Shown in pieces: positions 61,839 through 64,000 of a stretch of DNA of 64,000 bases. The notes under the pieces were generated by a model. It ran no database searches. It was not told the DNA's origin and saw only the letters and a list, made by a program, of their open reading frames with translations. Every line of letters begins with the position of its first letter. The stretch's first letter is position 1. Source of the DNA: an uncultured delta proteobacterium (GTDB lineage Bacteria; Desulfobacterota; WTBG01; CAIYCZ01); the NCBI GenBank assembly GCA_963803975.1, contig CAWDOY010000008.1:1-64000 (forward strand), in the 5' to 3' direction. Position numbers and translations under genes: made by a program.

Positions 61839-62052
61839 AATTACAAAAAAGACATTATCCCTTGAACCCCAGGAAGTTATGGAACTCGAACGGATTATTA
61901 TTGATGATGACCGCGAAGGCGCTTTTCAATTTTTAAAAAAGAATATTTACCAGAGATTTATTGCTTCGCAGCAAGATCATCTTAAATCACATCTGGACGG
62001 GTGCAGCGATCCTGCTGGTTCATTTTCCCAGGGACAGGCAACAAAAAAATAA
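61831..62052 (+). CDS. small hypothetical protein
   Basis: RBS GGAG; MLEITKK...ELERIIIDDD.E.A..FL. Confidence 0.6.
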   Translation: MLEITKKTLSLEPQEVMELERIIIDDDREGAFQFLKKNIYQRFIASQQDHLKSHLDGCSDPAGSFSQGQATKK

Positions 62053-62233
62053 TCTACTGTAAAAGCCTAACACATTTTCAGTGGTTATATGCTTTTTGAT
62101 TTCAATCATATGAAATATCTAAAGAAGTTTTTCTTGAAGCTGAATGATTTTATGAACCACTATTTTCCCTGTACATGCCGCGGGAAAATCAGGAGTAGAA
62201 GTCTTTTATATTTAAATAAAAAGGACAAGCGTT

Positions 62234-62674
62234 ATGGAAAATATTACAACAAATAAAGCAAGCAACATGAACATTACAATTATTGGCGTTGTTCCTCCCT
62301 GTCCACGGTGCCAGCGGATTTATGATTTAACTGTTGAAGCAGTTAGCGAATTGGGCGCGAAAGCAGAGATAAAGAAAATAGCGTATGATTCTGATGAGGC
62401 AAAAAAGTACGGCAGAGTCGGCACTGCCCATGACATTGCCATATGGGCGCAGATGAAAATTGAGTGGAGTAAAATCTGGGACATTGCTGCTGAAGGATGG
62501 TCACCGGAGCTCGATAATCTGATGATGCCGTGTAAAGAACGCGCAGGTGTTGAGGGCTGGCTTATGACTCCGGTGCTGTTGCTTGACGATAAAGTTATTG
62601 TTATGGGCTATGTTCCGGATAAGGAATATATTAAGACAGCTATTAAGCAGTATTTACAGAGAGGAGAGGATTGA
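62234..62674 (+). CDS. thioredoxin-like protein with an insertion
   Basis: PPCPRC, MTP.L..D.KV...G.VP. Confidence 0.75.
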   Translation: MENITTNKASNMNITIIGVVPPCPRCQRIYDLTVEAVSELGAKAEIKKIAYDSDEAKKYGRVGTAHDIAIWAQMKIEWSKIWDIAAEGWSPELDNLMMPCKERAGVEGWLMTPVLLLDDKVIVMGYVPDKEYIKTAIKQYLQRGED

Positions 62675-62676
62675 AA

Positions 62677-62907
62677 ATGAAGATCGAAATTCTGGGAACC
62701 GGCTGCCCGAAGTGCAAAAAGCTTTTTGAGAATGCACAGGAGGCGGTAAAAAATCTTGGAACCAGCGCTGACGTTGTAAAAGTCGAAGATATCCAGCAGA
62801 TCATGAATGCCGGAGTGATGTTCACCCCGGCACTGGCAGTTGACGGAGAAGTGAAATCTGCGGGAAAAGTTTTGAGCGTCGATGAAATAAAGAAAATTAT
62901 CAGCTAA
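62677..62907 (+). CDS. MTH895/ArsE-family redox disulfide protein
   Basis: IEILGTGCPKC, VM.TPAL.VDG. Confidence 0.88.
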   Translation: MKIEILGTGCPKCKKLFENAQEAVKNLGTSADVVKVEDIQQIMNAGVMFTPALAVDGEVKSAGKVLSVDEIKKIIS

Positions 62908-62928
62908 AATAAAAGAAGGAGATTACTC

Positions 62929-63324
62929 ATGGCAGAAGAATGCTGTTCACCATCAGAAATTTTAATTTTTACCTGCTCCGGTTCTTCAAACGTCGGCCAG
63001 GTCGCGAACCAGGCTGCTGTTGACCTGCAGCAGGAAGGGGTCGGCAAAATGCTCTGCCTTGCGGGCATCGGCGGTCACGTATCAGGCATGATTGCATCAG
63101 CGCAGGCTGGCAAGCGGCTGATAGGTATTGATGGATGCTCTGTAGCCTGCACGAAAAAGACTATGGAGCATGCAGGGCTTAATCTTACTGATTATGTCAT
63201 GATTACAGCTCTGGGTTATGAAAAGGGACCTTATTCAGGGACTATGGACAAAAAAGCAGTGGATAAGATCAAAGACGAAGTAAAACAGCAAATCGTAAAA
63301 CCGGTAAGGATAGAGGTGAAGTGA
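62929..63324 (+). CDS. DGC-domain putative zinc-binding protein
   Basis: CSGSSNVGQ, MLCLAG, IDGC..AC. Confidence 0.85.
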   Translation: MAEECCSPSEILIFTCSGSSNVGQVANQAAVDLQQEGVGKMLCLAGIGGHVSGMIASAQAGKRLIGIDGCSVACTKKTMEHAGLNLTDYVMITALGYEKGPYSGTMDKKAVDKIKDEVKQQIVKPVRIEVK

Positions 63325-63777
63325 TGAGAAGATTAAAACTGACGCGTATTGTTCTGGCAATTTCCTTGCTCTGCTTCCTGCACAGCGCTGATCCTTCGGC
63401 AGCCAAAGCGGCGCCTGCGGATTCACAGAAAAAAGACGGCAGCACCGTGATTGCCTACTACTTCCACGGCGACTATCGCTGCTACAACTGCATGACCATC
63501 GAGCAGTATTCAAAAGAAGCCATTGAAAAGTATTTTCCCGAACAGCTTAAATCAGGAAAGCTTACGTTCAACGTCCTTAACATCGACCTTCCTGAAAACG
63601 CGCACTTCGTTAAAGACTATCAGCTCTACACCCGGACGCTGATTATCGCGGAGTTTAAAAACGGCAAACAGGTCCGGTGGACCAGCCTCACCAAAGTCTG
63701 GGATTATATTAAGGACCGGGATGCCTTTCATAAGTATGTCAAAACGGAAATAGCATACCTATTTAAAGAGCATGTGA
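63324..63777 (+). CDS. ArsF-family exported thioredoxin-fold protein (not in the ORF track; stop apparently lost by a frameshift)
   Basis: Signal peptide, YYFHGDYRCYNCMTIE, N.HF..DYQL, W..L..VW. Confidence 0.75.
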
Positions 63778-64000
63778 TGGATACTACCTCAATTCCGATT
63801 GCTGTCCGCATTGTGGCTGGGCATCCTCACCTCGGTGAACCCCTGCCCGCTTGCGTCAAATATCGCCGCTGTCTCCTTCATCATGAAGAAGATAGACCGG
63901 ACCGGCGCTGTTTTTGCCTCGGGAATTCTCTATACCCTGGGCAGAGTCGCGGGATACGCGGTGCTGGGAATGCTTATCACCTCATCGCTTCTCTCCATAC
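63777..64000 (+). CDS. ArsG/CcdA-like membrane protein (3' truncated by window)
   Basis: SALWLGILTSVNPCPLASNIAAVSFI...YTLGR. Confidence 0.75.
   Translation, partial: MDTTSIPIAVRIVAGHPHLGEPLPACVKYRRCLLHHEEDRPDRRCFCLGNSLYPGQSRGIRGAGNAYHLIASLH

Noticed and set aside
891..63800. Roughly 20 genes broken by frameshifts (nrdD, nrdG, kinase, djlA, arsR, arsC, arsP and others), suggesting mass pseudogenisation or programmed frameshifting
   Set aside because: The breaks are single-base indels, often in homopolymers, hit housekeeping genes and leave motifs intact; long-read assembly error is the simplest explanation

Overview
Chromosomal window from an anaerobic bacterium; the gene content (sigma-54 two-component system, class III RNR, NfnAB, split-Soret-like cytochrome, heptamer-rich intergenic repeats) points to Desulfobacterota/deltaproteobacteria, which is an inference. 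Many genes are split by single-base indels, often in homopolymers, most simply explained as long-read assembly error, so split ORFs are merged here. Contents in order: TPR protein, caspase-like/FGE fusion, nrdD-thioredoxin-nrdG with an NrdR box, PilZ, HldC, a GspE/PilB ATPase, then the main finding: an apparent operon (10977-15521, minus) with two ferredoxin-dependent bilin reductase/RCC-reductase-fold proteins, three ferredoxins, an SCP2-like protein and a B12-dependent radical SAM enzyme, with no heme oxygenase in the window. It lies directly downstream of a MarR-led His-rich Ni/Co transport cluster. Further on are a GlrK/QseG/GlrR-like triad, a cold-shock protein, a molybdopterin oxidoreductase, DjlA, hydrolase-PPTase-FabD facing acylating aldehyde dehydrogenase-ACP, nfnAB, two ligand-less cupredoxins, mazEF, and an arsenic resistance island of more than 12 kb (arsR, acr3, arsM, arsC, arsP, arsD, truncated arsA, arsEFG-like, cytochromes, ABC exporter) that runs off the right end. 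No rRNA, tRNA, CRISPR array or intact transposase was seen.
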